Shown here piece by piece: positions 1 to 12,044 of a stretch of DNA of 64,000 nt (position 1 is the first letter of the stretch; each line of letters starts with the position of its first letter). Location: the NCBI RefSeq assembly GCF_006345805.1, contig NC_042998.1, forward strand, positions 130,386,001 to 130,450,000, read 5' to 3'. The notes beneath the pieces were generated by a model, which made no database searches, was not told the origin of the DNA, and worked only from the letters and a program-made list of their open reading frames with translations. Both the position numbers and the translations under genes were made by a program. The stretch comes from Octopus sinensis. Lineage: Eukaryota.

Positions 1-1164
1 AGCCGTTTTCAAACTGAAGGCTAATTGAAAGCTTGAAACTCATGTCAGAGTAGCTCACTAACACTATTATGAAAATTAAAGTTAAATTATTCCTCAAAAA
101 GCCATCTCTAATCTTTTTTTAATATATATATATAGGTAAAGCTTCACTGGATGTATAGAGGCAAATATATGTGCATGCGCCGAACATAAAATAAATTTCG
201 TTTCACATCTAGGAGGAATGCCAGAGTGGACAACCTAGTGCTTGAGTTTCGGACTTTTCAGAATACGTTTGTCATCGCAAAACTGGTCTTCGTCAGCTAG
301 GTCTATCAAAAAGACTGAATTCAAAATAACCGCTACATCAATGCTTGTATACTCGGCCAAATAGCCCCAGCCATAAACAGGACCTATTTATAATTCTACC
401 TTTACGGTGCTTTATTACGTTGGAAAATAATACTATTGTATTTTAATATTTAGATGTATCTATAAATCTCATCTATGCTTTATATATGCTTTGATACATG
501 CAGGCTTATATGCATACACGTATGTGTTTGTGTAATAAGTATCTAAACAGAGTGGTAATGCATATATATCTGTATATGAAGTGTAATAAACATATATCCA
601 GTCTCACTGCAATGTGAGACTGGAAAGTTCTCAACAGCTAACAGAGACAATCAATTGGAATAGTTTTGTCTTTCTAAAAGACAGAGGAGGAATTGGTTTG
701 CTTGCCTATCAACTACCGGAATTTAGAAATCTATATCTTCTCTTGAATAATGCTAATAATAGGTCTCTTCAGATGATTCATAAGAAGATACATCTTTCTT
801 AGTTTATTCAATTGTAAATCAAGGTCAACGATTCCTGATATGAATTTAAAAAAGTAGAAAATAGATGTACTGATTCCCAGGATTAACTACGGAAGCGCCT
901 GTCGTTACTTTACATGTTGCACTCGAGTCTATATGCTATAAAATTTTCAAAATCCACTGCATTCGCGCGGTTTTCTCAGCAGTAAATATAAACTGCCGAT
1001 TTAATTTCAAAATTTCTAGTCAGTCGGATGCCCTATTATAGCCATCCCTTATATGTTTAAATATATATATATTACACACATTAATATATATATATATATA
1101 TATACATATATGTATATATTTACCCACAGACACACACATATATAGATTTATAGATATATATATA

Positions 1165-1235
<71 letters not shown>

Positions 1236-1441
1236 GGAAGTTTACATATAATATTCACATGGGGAAGTTTACATATAATATTCCGAAAAATCTTTTCTTA
1301 CCCGAAATGCAATTCGAAGAAGCCTGCCATATACCGGATGTATTATATGTAAACTTCCACATGTGCTTTGTTGGAGTAGAACAGATATCTGTTTCGGCTT
1401 TGACGGTGCGAGTCGTTTATTTATGATATGTTTCAGAATCA

Positions 1442-1500
1442 GTCTTGCTGATGAGTACGTCGCAACTGCGGTAAGTACGAAATCACAGGTGATACAAGAC
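1442..1500 (+). ncRNA. Type I hammerhead ribozyme motif, canonical core
   Basis: GTCTTG-CTGATGA-GTAC..GTAC-GAAA-TCAC(AG)GTGA-TA-CAAGAC. Helix I GTCTTG/CAAGAC, intact CUGAUGA and GAAA core, helix II GTAC/GTAC, helix III TCAC/GTGA, cleavage triplet AUA. Confidence 0.85.
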
Positions 1501-1830
1501 TAAATTCATTTTTTAAATGTCTTGCTTTGAAAAATTGCATTGGGTATGATTAGTAAAATTTTTTTGGTAGAAATGACTAATGTCCCCTCTTAGCGTGTGG
1601 CATGTAGTGTAATAATCCCCTCTATATATAATTAATATGTTCAATAAGAAGAATTATTTTCGAAATTTTTCTCTTATGAGTTTTTCATCGCGCTATCTAC
1701 CTGATAATTTCCTGTTAAGATCCTTATTAAGAAGTTATCCTTATTGTTAAAAATTTTATATATACATATATATATTAATATATATTATACATATATACAT
1801 ATATATACATATATACAAATATATATATTA

Positions 1831-2046
1831 AATTATAATTTAAGGTATCTAATAGATACCACCACGCTGGAAATAGCATCAAATCTTGACTCTAAAACCA
1901 CATTAAATGTGTCATAGAGTACCAGGAGAGAAGACAAAGAGAGAAAATAAACTAGATAAAAAATTACTGGATAATTCCAGATCACGGATTTCTGTCTCTG
2001 CATAAGAAATGCTCTGACTTCATCAGTGGAATATACTTAGAAAGCA
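1831..2046 (-). repeat. PLE pseudo-LTR-like repeat carrying an atypical HHR-like motif (1975-2031, minus strand)
   Basis: Diverged inverted copy at 2639-2841 and a partial copy at 40036-40203. Minus strand reads TTCCA-CTGATGA-AGTC..GACA-GAAA-TCCGTGA-TC-TGGAA. Confidence 0.65.
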
Positions 2047-2053
2047 CATAACT

Positions 2054-2112
<59 letters not shown>

Positions 2113-2194
2113 TTATTTGAGACAAAACCACTATTTTGCAAAACAAACAAGGAAGACTTAATCATACATAAATTTAATAAAGTCAAAAAAACCG

Positions 2195-2237
2195 CCACTA
2201 CAATCGTTTCTTGTCTTGATCGACAATCTTCAGGTGG
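2195..2237 (-). ncRNA. Minimal type I hammerhead motif in the left palindrome arm
   Basis: Minus strand: CCAC-CTGAAGA-TTGTC(GATCAA)GACAA-GAAA-CGATTG-TA-GTGG. Triplet GUA, with a short near-palindromic helix III. Confidence 0.75.
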
Positions 2238-2283
2238 ACTTCCAATAATTCAGTTACAAATTTGTAACTGAATTATTGGAAGT

Positions 2284-2324
2284 CCCCTGAAGATTGTCGA
2301 TCAAGACAAGAACGATTGTAGTGG
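2284..2324 (+). ncRNA. Defective mirror copy of the hammerhead in the right palindrome arm
   Basis: CTGAAGA-TTGTC..GACAA-GAA-CGATTGTA-GTGG. One A of GAAA and one helix I base are missing. Confidence 0.55.
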
Positions 2325-2638
2325 CGGTTTTTTTTGACTATTTATTAAATTTTATGTATTGATTAAGTCTTTCCTTGTTTGTTTTGCAAAATGGTGGGTT
2401 TGTCTCAAATAATATTTTATAATATTTTACTATAAAATTGGATTTAATCCTAAATCTGATTTTTTTTCCCTGTAAATTTGGATATATTCCCTAATATTTA
2501 TTATTATATATATATATATATAATAATATATATATATATATACTACATACGATATACTTACACATACGTGCATATATGTGTATGTATACGTTCGTATATG
2601 TAAATATATCGTATGTTGCATATATATTTGTATATATT

Positions 2639-2841
2639 TGCTTTCTGAGTATATTCCACTGCTGAAGGCAGGGCTTTTCTTATGCAGAGTCAGAAACCCG
2701 GGATCTGGAATTATTGCTAGTTTATTTTGTCTCTTTTTCTCCTCTACTGGTGCTGTATGAACATTTAATGTGGTTTTCGAGTCATGTTTTGAGTGCTATT
2801 TCCAGCGTGTTGGTATATCTCTGATACCCTAAATTATAATT
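2639..2841 (+). repeat. Inverted diverged copy of the 1831-2046 repeat, with HHR-like motif at 2654-2710
   Basis: TTCCA-CTGCTGA-AGGC..GTCA-GAAA-CCCGGGA-TC-TGGAA. Flanks match the reverse complement of 1831-2046. Confidence 0.65.
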
Positions 2842-2927
2842 CTTAATAATTATTACGATTGGATGTTTTTATTCCCATGAAGGCTACCTGATCAGATAAG
2901 TATTTAAATATCGACATATATATGAAG

Positions 2928-2964
<37 letters not shown>

Positions 2965-4719
2965 CCATATTAAACCCATACAAAGCGGGGCTCACCGACA
3001 AAGAATATGATTATATGACCAATTTCACAAGTAAAACTAGCCAATTCTACGGTATACCTAAGATCCACAATGAAAAAATAAGCAACGCATGCAAGATAGC
3101 TACAGACAAAATAATTAAGTCCCTAATCCTAATGACCTCAATTGAGACCCATAATAGCAGGTCCGCATGCGAAAACCCCCGCCTCAGTAATTTTTAGACA
3201 CCCTGTTAAAACCACTCCTTAACATGTCAAAAGCTATATAAGGACGACTTAGATATGCTTAATCACCTACCGAATACTATAAACAAAACACCATACTGGT
3301 ATCCTTCGAGTAGTCAACCTCTACTCCAATATCCCCCACAACCTAGGACTAGAGGCAATCCAATTCTGGCTAGAGAATCACGCCAACGAACTACCACACC
3401 GCATCAAAAAAGAATTAGTGATAGAAGGGGTTAAATTCATCCTGGAAAATAATTCTTCGCCTTCAATGACAACTTCTACCGACAAAAAATCGGGGACTGC
3501 GATGGGTACACGAATGGCCCCCTCCTTTGCCAACCTAGTCATAGGATACCTAGAGATCAGTCTGTATCGTAAGGTTCTAGAAAGATATGGCAGCCCTTTC
3601 TCCATCTACATAGAAAACAACTGGAAGAGATATCTAGATGACTGTTTCATCCTTTGGCATAAAAATATAGAAAAACTCATAGAAATTCCAGAAAATTTTA
3701 AACGGACTGGACGTAAACATCCAATTCACGATGGAATATAGCCAACAACAACTCCCCTTCCTCGATATCCTCATTAAGAAAGCTAATAATATAATAGAAA
3801 CAGACATATACTATAAGCCTACAGACTCTAAGCAATATCTTCCATCATTCAATTCATGCCACCCCAGACACCCAGGATGAATATCCCCTTCAATCTAGCA
3901 AAAGGATATGCACTATAGTCTCTAACGCAAACACCAGAGACACACGGCTACAAGAACTAAAAGATACCCTAATCACCAGGAACTATCCACCTTCACTTAT
4001 TGACAAGTGCATTCAACGTGCCCTTCAACTTAACATCAAGGAACTGAGACATCCCAAATCAAAGAAAAACTTACAACCAAAACCTTAGTACCATACATCC
4101 CACACACGATCATAAAAAGCAAAAGACAGCCTAGATCCATGAAAAGTCTCCTTACACAAGCCCGAATTCACTCTTCAACACAGAAGCCGACAGTAAAAAA
4201 TGTGGAAGACCCAATTGCGGGATATGCGACTATCTAATCGAGGGTTCTGAGTTCTCCTTCAAACAGGGACAACGGTTTTACAGTGAAAAGCAACTTCACA
4301 TGTGCTTCGGAGAACCTAATATACTCACTAACCTGCTCCGGGTGTCAAGAGCAGTACATAGGCCAAACAAAAAATGGTTTGCGTAAACGAATGGCCCTGC
4401 ACAGATCCCAGATAAAAATTCCCCAAAACAGAAAAATAGCTTTTAGCCAACACATAGATACTTGCGCGCAACAAAAAAACACCAAACTTCAGAATTTTCC
4501 CCCTCTACCAATTTAGGGACGATACAACCTCGAGACAAAGAATAAGTAAAGAAAATCTCTTTATTACAAAATACAAGCCACTTCTAACGGGTCTACGACA
4601 AACAATTAATATACCTCAACTTAGAATAAAGAAAAAAATATATATACACACACAAATACTACACTCCATAGAATCCATTACTAATCAGCCCCTTCATAGC
4701 TATATTTACAACCTATTCA

Positions 4720-4990
4720 TATTCTCCCTTCTCTGTTTTTTTCTTCTTCTTCTTCTTCTTCTTCATCATCATCGTTATCATCATCATCGGCGTCATCATC
4801 ATCGCCACCATCATCATCACCACATCTTCTCCTTCTCCTCCTTCTCTTCTTCATCATCATCGTTATCATCATCATCGTCGTCATAATCATCACCACCATC
4901 ACCACATCTCATCTTCTCCTTCTCCTTCTTCTTCTTCTTCTTCTTCTCTCTTCTTCTTCTTCTTCTTTCTTCTTTCTCTTCTTCTTCTCC
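4720..4990. repeat. (TTC)n/(ATC)n pyrimidine-rich simple repeat
   Basis: Directly visible trinucleotide runs. They explain ORF 4717-4905. Confidence 0.9.
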
Positions 4991-5337
4991 ACCCCCTACC
5001 CCTTAAGTTTGTCACTAATGTTTTTTAGTATAACACCTACGCTAATTCTATAAACAAGCCTGTCAATATAAATATTCTCCTGAATTGAACTGAGACTGCC
5101 AGCCGCCACTGACCATTCAAAATACGACCATCAGGGCACTCCCAGATTCTCCCACCCCCCTTTCCTCACCAGCCTTCCCTCTACTACCCTACCAAGAACT
5201 CACAACTACCTCGAACACACAAGTGCAAACAAGGGAGTCAGAGAAAGGCAGAATGCCACTTAAATCTGAACACTACTATAGAAATATTCTTTTAGAAAAC
5301 TTTTCTTCTAATTTTTCTAAATTTAATTATTTAATCG

Positions 5338-5381
5338 TTACAGTTGAAAAGGTCTCAAAATGACCGAAACCGGTACTGAAA
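5338..5381 (+). ncRNA. Minimal type I hammerhead with U3-A8 variant core at the PLE 3' end
   Basis: TTACAG-TTGAAAA-GGTC(TCAAAAT)GACC-GAAA-CCGG-TA-CTGAAA. Palindromic ACCGGT helix III, triplet GUA. Confidence 0.7.
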
Positions 5382-5427
5382 TGTTCACTATAAAATTATT
5401 TTAGCATTTTCTATTTTTTACTTGTTT

Positions 5428-5480
<53 letters not shown>

Positions 5481-5649
5481 ATATATATATAAATTAATAT
5501 TATATGTATATACATATATATATGTATATATATAATGAAGGTACAAGTGAAGATATAAACCCCGAGGGCCAAAATATCCAAGATTGGACTGGTTGAATGC
5601 TTAACAAAGCAGGTACATACATATATAGCGTTATTAATATTATGCAAAA

Positions 5650-5920
5650 AAAAGAGCAGATAGAGATAAGGTTAATAAACGTTTACTATCATTGACAAGA
5701 CCAGACCTTCAATTGTTTCAATTCATCACTTGCAGCATAAAAAGTAACCGAATTTAAGTTAATTTAACTAAATTAATTTGGTTAATTACTATGAGTGAGA
5801 ATATCTTCAGGGAAGGATGCACACAAAGAAATTTATTATATGTAAAACAAAATGAAAGCATAAAAAGAGGAAATATACAGAGTACCATTATAGTTAAAAG
5901 CATATACACTTTTCTACAAA
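5650..5920 (+). repeat. Diverged inverted copy of 8655-8910 (PLE-derived fragment)
   Basis: Shared blocks such as AAGACCAGACCT.CAATTGTTTCAATTCATCA and CAGGGAAGGATGCA..AAGAAATTTAT..AAAACAAAATGA..CATAAAAAGAGGAA occur in opposite orientation. Confidence 0.7.
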
Positions 5921-6143
5921 TAGGAACAGTTATAAAAATATATAGTTATTGATAAATTAATATAAATAATGCTAATGCAGGCACAACCATGCAAAACACC
6001 GAAGCTGGTGACAATGTGTTAAAAGCAATAGACTATTTAATAAATTATGGGTATATAAAAGTGAAATAATTAGGTATTCAATAGAAACAATATACACACT
6101 TGCACGTAATACATGTACACACACACACACTATCCCCCCATCC

Positions 6144-6193
<50 letters not shown>

Positions 6194-7737
6194 GCATACA
6201 TATATATATATATATATACATATATATTAATACATATACACACACATATACAAATATAAGGCTAAACATTGTCGATATAATTAATTAATTAATTAATTAA
6301 TAGGAAGATAAAGGGAGTATATATGAAGATTAAGGGAAAATAGAATGTGCTGAAATGAGCTTCCATATATTAGGACTGAAGAAGAGAAAAACGACGCGGA
6401 GACACAACAAAAGCATAAGATGTATTATTAAGTGAAGGTTGGAATGAAAATAATATAGAAGATAATTAGTGAAACTAATATTATATGTACTATTTAAATG
6501 CTAATTATACAAATCTAAATATTCATATGTACCAATAATCCTGCAAAAGCATACACATACACTTATATTAATATTTGTAAAAATACATATGCACATACGC
6601 ACATACGCACACACACACACATATATATATATACAATTATGCATACACGTAGATATACATATGCACAGATAATACCTACAAAAATATGGAAAATATGGAA
6701 AAGGATGGAAAATTTATATATATTTATACATACAATAAATTAAGTTATTTAAAATAGATTCTACAGATAGTTATGCATATACCCACCCAAAAATAAAATA
6801 AAATTGTTATACATATCATAAATTATTTAAACTAGTTAAACTAGTTTCTATAAATAGTTTTGTATATACCCACCCAAATATATATATATACATGTACACA
6901 CACATACACACACACATATATATTTATCCGAATACATATAGATAGACACACACACATCTGTATATATATATATATATGCACATGCATACACATATACATA
7001 CATAAACATACAAATATATGTATATATACATATTTAAACATAAATTGATATTCACACGTACAAAGTTATATGCATATAGAGACAACATATGGACATACAC
7101 GCATAAACACTAATAGACAGATGAATAGATCCACAAATATAACAATATAAAAGTAAGTGTATATATAAAGATATGGATAAAGAAAAATATATAAGACAAA
7201 TTGAGAAAAAGGGATTTAAATATTAGGATATGCATTAATAAAAAACATAGGGATAAAAATAATATATATATATGTGTATACATATATAAATATACATATG
7301 TACATACGCATATATACACATCAATACATACATATATATATTTGCATACATATATATATCATATGCATATAAATCCATCAGATGCATATATACATACATA
7401 AACACTAATAGGTAGATGAATACCCATAAATATAAAAATATCAAGATATGGATAAATAAAAATTTAAGTAAAATATATAGAGAGAAATGATATATAAATA
7501 TTTTGATATAAATAAATATATAGACATATACATCATCATACATACATACACACACGTATGCATACACATATATAGATATATATATATACATACACATATG
7601 AGTGTATGTGTATATATAGTTCAAATTACACTGAATTTACCTCTCCACCATCTTTTGGGGTTGATTAGGGTAGATGTAATCGAGTAGTTCTCTTCCACAA
7701 AATTTTAAGCTTTGTGCCTAGAGAAGAAAGGATTGTA

Positions 7738-7824
<87 letters not shown>

Positions 7825-7949
7825 ATTATTTTAATTAATGTATTTCTAATTGCAGCAAGATGATTGCTATTATACTTGGTGTATCTTAAACTTGTATTTG
7901 TTTTATGCAATGGTTCATGCTTACCAGTTACAAAATTAAGATTAGCATC

Positions 7950-8910
7950 TAAAAAATCTGCAGAAAAGTAATTTTTTTTACAACATAAATAATTAAAGCA
8001 TTCTTCATAAAAAATGTATGCAGAGTTTTCTTATTCAAGACTAGTTTCTTAGGAGAAGTATTTTTAATAGCAAAGAGGGTATCCTCTCGATAAAGACCAC
8101 CAATGTATTCAGAGAATTCACAATTAATTTGGGATAGCAGTAACCTGGGCACTATTAATTTGGGATATTAGAAATCTAGGCAGAGTCGACAGATCCCGTT
8201 TGTAATATCGAAACAATTTTAAGTGTTCTTAGCAGCTCAGTTTTAATTATCATATCTAATCAGAGACTGCCTTGCAGTTAATATAATATTGATTTCCTCT
8301 TTGCTAATATTAGTAAAATTTCTTTAAATAATGAGTACTTTATCAAGAACTATACGGTTAATAGGTGAGTAGTAACTACTAATATCCACTTTTAAGAATT
8401 TATATTTATTCTCATTAGTAATATTAGCAAATCAAGTTAAAGGATGATAGGCGTTAGATTATAATTCAAGATTAATATTTTTTCCTAGCTATAGGTATAT
8501 ATTTTTCTACAATGTGTTCACTAAGTTTACCGAAATCAGATCGGCCTGGGCAAATCAATCTAACTTTAGGGTCTGTATAGACGTTTTCCTCATGCTCCTT
8601 CAGTGTAAACCGTGGTCGCTATATTTATATTAATTTATGACTAACTATATTTTTATAACTCTGCATATTTTTTAACTATAATGGTACACTGTATTCTTCC
8701 TCTTTTTATGTTATCATTTTGTTTTAAATATAAATTTCTTATTGCATCCTTCCCTGTAAATATTATCACTTGTAGTAATTAACCAAATTAATTTAGTTAA
8801 ATCAAATTAAATTTGGCTAATTTTTATGCTACAAATGATGAATTGAAACAATTGTAGGTCTGGTCTTTTCAATGATAACAAAATTTTATTAATCTTACCT
8901 CCATCTTCTC
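7950..8910 (-). mobile_element. Degenerate Naiad-type PLE reverse transcriptase remnant
   Basis: Minus-strand translation gives PRFTLKEHEENVYTDPKVRLICPGRSDFGKLSEHIVEK (cf. TLKDHKENF..P..RLINP.KS..GK.SK), FDIT.G-SVDSA*IS (cf. FDVTMGSFDSAE) and GLYREDTL (cf. GLYRDDGL). Confidence 0.7.
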
Positions 8911-8961
8911 TCGTGTTTTGTATATATACGTACGTACATACAGAAACACATACACATATAT

Positions 8962-9007
<46 letters not shown>

Positions 9008-9504
9008 TATATATATATAATATATATATACATACATATATATAAGTAAATGTAAATGTTACATGTAAGTTAGTTTATTCGTATTAAATATATTTAATAC
9101 AAAGCCTGTACATATGTATACATATAAAAGAAGTCCGAATTACACAACATGGAAATAAAATGAGAAATTAAGGGGGTTGAGTAGGAGTTTTACGAGTCCA
9201 ACAGCTGTTTCTGTGAGTATTATTTTGGACCACCAATCCGTCTGTTGGACTTGTAAAACTCATGCATAACCCCATTAATTTCTGATATCAACTCTATTTT
9301 GTGTAAGTCGCATAGTTTTATATGTATACATATGTACATTCTCCGTACTAAATATATTTAACATTTTTGGTATATCGACTTGATTTACTTGCTTGTCTCT
9401 ACATTTACTCATGGACCTGCTCAAGTTAAAATTTCTCGAGCACTAGCAAGTATATTCTGTCCATCTATCTATCTATATGACTATCTCTTCTGTCTGTTTG
9501 TCTA

Positions 9505-9555
<51 letters not shown>

Positions 9556-9669
9556 GGGTGTGTGGGGGTATAAATATTCGTATACATATATACATACACA
9601 CACACATATATATGCATGCATACACACATATATATACATACATACACATATAAATATATATATATGTTT

Positions 9670-9711
<42 letters not shown>

Positions 9712-10574
9712 CTGAGATTCAGTTGAATTAGTTACTTAAGTTGAAGCACCAGGTCAGTGCGATATTGTCGGTACATCTTAAAGTAAGGTGAATCTACCAA
9801 GATTTGGGAACTGAAAGAAAGCGGAATCGAATATAGCCTTAAGTGAGATATTATAAGAAAAGTGCAGCCTTACAGAGATAATCGATACGGGTGCGAGCTG
9901 TGATCTATGGAAACTTATGAAATTTTTAAGTATTGAGACAAGGGCAGCATTAATGTGTATAGGGACAACATTAATATGAGTTATTAATGTTTTTAAAGAG
10001 TAATATAAGCCTTCTAGTTACTTAAGTCTAAAAGAGTTGATTATAACATATCCATAACAAAGTGCAAATATTTTCGTTTATTTGCATGTCTACACATAGT
10101 TAAATATAGGTATGTATCTAAGCACAACTTATTTTCCCGATTATTTTTCTGATTCTTCACTTACAATTAATATAAAGATATCATGATTTATCGCTCCAAT
10201 GTTCCATACGTGAATACCCAGAGCAATCTTTATAGAAACCACTTTATAAGTAAATAATTAAGTACAAGAATGTGTGATAAGATAATTCTATGTAATCTTC
10301 CATAGGTTATCTATTCTGATTAAAATATCAATTTTAGTAATCTTAAATATTATCTTCATACAACATAACAATATTATATGTATATATATATATATATATA
10401 CATTGACCCATTGGACCCCATGATAATTTCCTCTGTATTAATATCCTATGTTTTATTAGCGTCTTGCCCGTTTAACTAGTAATTAACATCTTGATTTAGG
10501 GTCTCCCACTACCAAGACTCCTTTATAGACAATTTCTTACACTTTTCCTACAAACTCAGCCACAAAGGCACACG

Positions 10575-10641
<67 letters not shown>

Positions 10642-10744
10642 GTGTTGTGTATATATATACATACATGTATACATACACACACACACACAATATATATATA
10701 TATATATTAGATATATATAATATATATTATATAATATAAAGTTA

Positions 10745-10990
10745 ATCCAAACATGAACACAAAGAAAACACAACAACGCGAGCACGTGGAACAAATATAG
10801 TATTATTGGACGCTCAGGAAGGAAGGGAAGGAGGAGGTTTTACGTTTCGAGCGGAGCTCCTCGTCAGAAACATAGGAAAAGGAAGGATCCAGAGAAGGAA
10901 AGACGGAGGAAAAAAATTGCCAACGGTGCACACGTGCTCACATTTTGAATGTATATATACATATACGTACATACATACATATATATATCA
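10745..10990 (-). repeat. PLE pseudo-LTR-like repeat, with a homolog at ~46095-46265 (+)
   Basis: Reverse complement aligns with 46095-46265 (TTTTTCCTCCGTCTT..TGTTTCTGA.GA.GAGCT). The 46-kb copy has lost the 3' half of the HHR. Confidence 0.6.
10837..10871 (-). ncRNA. Ultra-minimal type I hammerhead motif (35 nt)
   Basis: Minus strand: GTTT-CTGACGA-G-GAGC(TCC)GCTC-GAAA-CG-TA-AAAC. Helix III is the palindrome ACGT, triplet GUA. Confidence 0.7.
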
Positions 10991-11234
10991 GACCGAACCA
11001 TCTCAAGCGTAACCGCCCGAAATGGTTGTGACGTCTGGAACTTGTCTGAGGACAGAAAGCCTGTCCCCTATATGCATTTTTGTTCCATTCGTATATTATA
11101 TATATATATATATATATAGACACACCCATAGGTGCTAATATACATACATACATACATATATATATATATATATTTATATGTATATGGATATGTATACATA
11201 TATATATGTGTATATATATATTTACATCTATATC

Positions 11235-11296
<62 letters not shown>

Positions 11297-11834
11297 GTAT
11301 ATATGGATAGATAGATAGATTCACACACACAGGTATTTAAATACATACATATACATACATTTAAATTCATGTTCTTGATGCATGTTAGTTTTGTGTGTAC
11401 AGATGTTTATCTATTTATTTTTCTCAGTCATGTGCTCACTGATGAGTGGAGAACATGACAATACATAGTGACCACGAAATCATTACTTAAAACTTTTTAA
11501 TAAAAGAACTTGTATTTTTTTTATTCCTCGATGTCGCACGTATGTATACTTATTGAGGTAGAGTCACAGTAAGAGCCCTTGATATATTATATATATATAT
11601 TATATATATATATATATATAATATATATATGTGTGTGTTGTGGTGTGTGTGTGTGTGTGGTGTGTGTGTGTAAAGCAACAGGTGTCTTTCGACTGAGAAT
11701 GAATCAAACTGAACTGATGTGTATGAAGTGAAAGCCTAAAGGCAGGAACATAGCTGTTCGACATAAGAAAGTTTGGCGGTCGACTGTCAGACCAAGATAG
11801 AAAGTTCGTGGCTGGCCGGACTTCGAAAAGCGGA

Positions 11835-11942
11835 GTAGATGAAACAGAGGACAACTGATGAAGGTAATGTTCTTTACGTTGCATGTCTCGTTTCTCATTC
11901 TCTCCACGTTTTTTTGATGTCCTGTACCCATATATACATGTG

Positions 11943-11983
<41 letters not shown>

Positions 11984-11994
11984 TTGTGTAGGTA

Positions 11995-12044
<50 letters not shown>

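Larger units (their letters stand above)
2106..2418. repeat. Spacerless ~310-bp palindrome centred at 2260/2261
   Basis: Centre is CAGTTACAAA|TTTGTAACTG. The arms align throughout, differing mostly by single-base homopolymer indels. Confidence 0.95.
2975..5400 (+). mobile_element. Decayed Penelope-like retroelement (RT + C-terminal GIY-YIG endonuclease + 3' HHR)
   Basis: Frameshifted fragments: FYGIPKIH; GTAMGTRMAPSFANL; RYLDDCFILW (RT YxDD); KKCGRPNCGICDYL linker; NLIYSLTCSGCQEQYIGQTKNGLRKRMALHRSQI (GIY-YIG, 4283-4516). Confidence 0.92.

Noticed and set aside
256-305. Minus-strand CTGACGA-AGACC..TGACAAACGTA hammerhead-like remnant
   Set aside because: GAAA, helix II and helix I are all disrupted, so it is too decayed to call.
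11439-11490. CTGATGA-GTGG..CCAC-GAAA motif
   Set aside because: Core and helix II are present, but no convincing helix I or helix III pairing.
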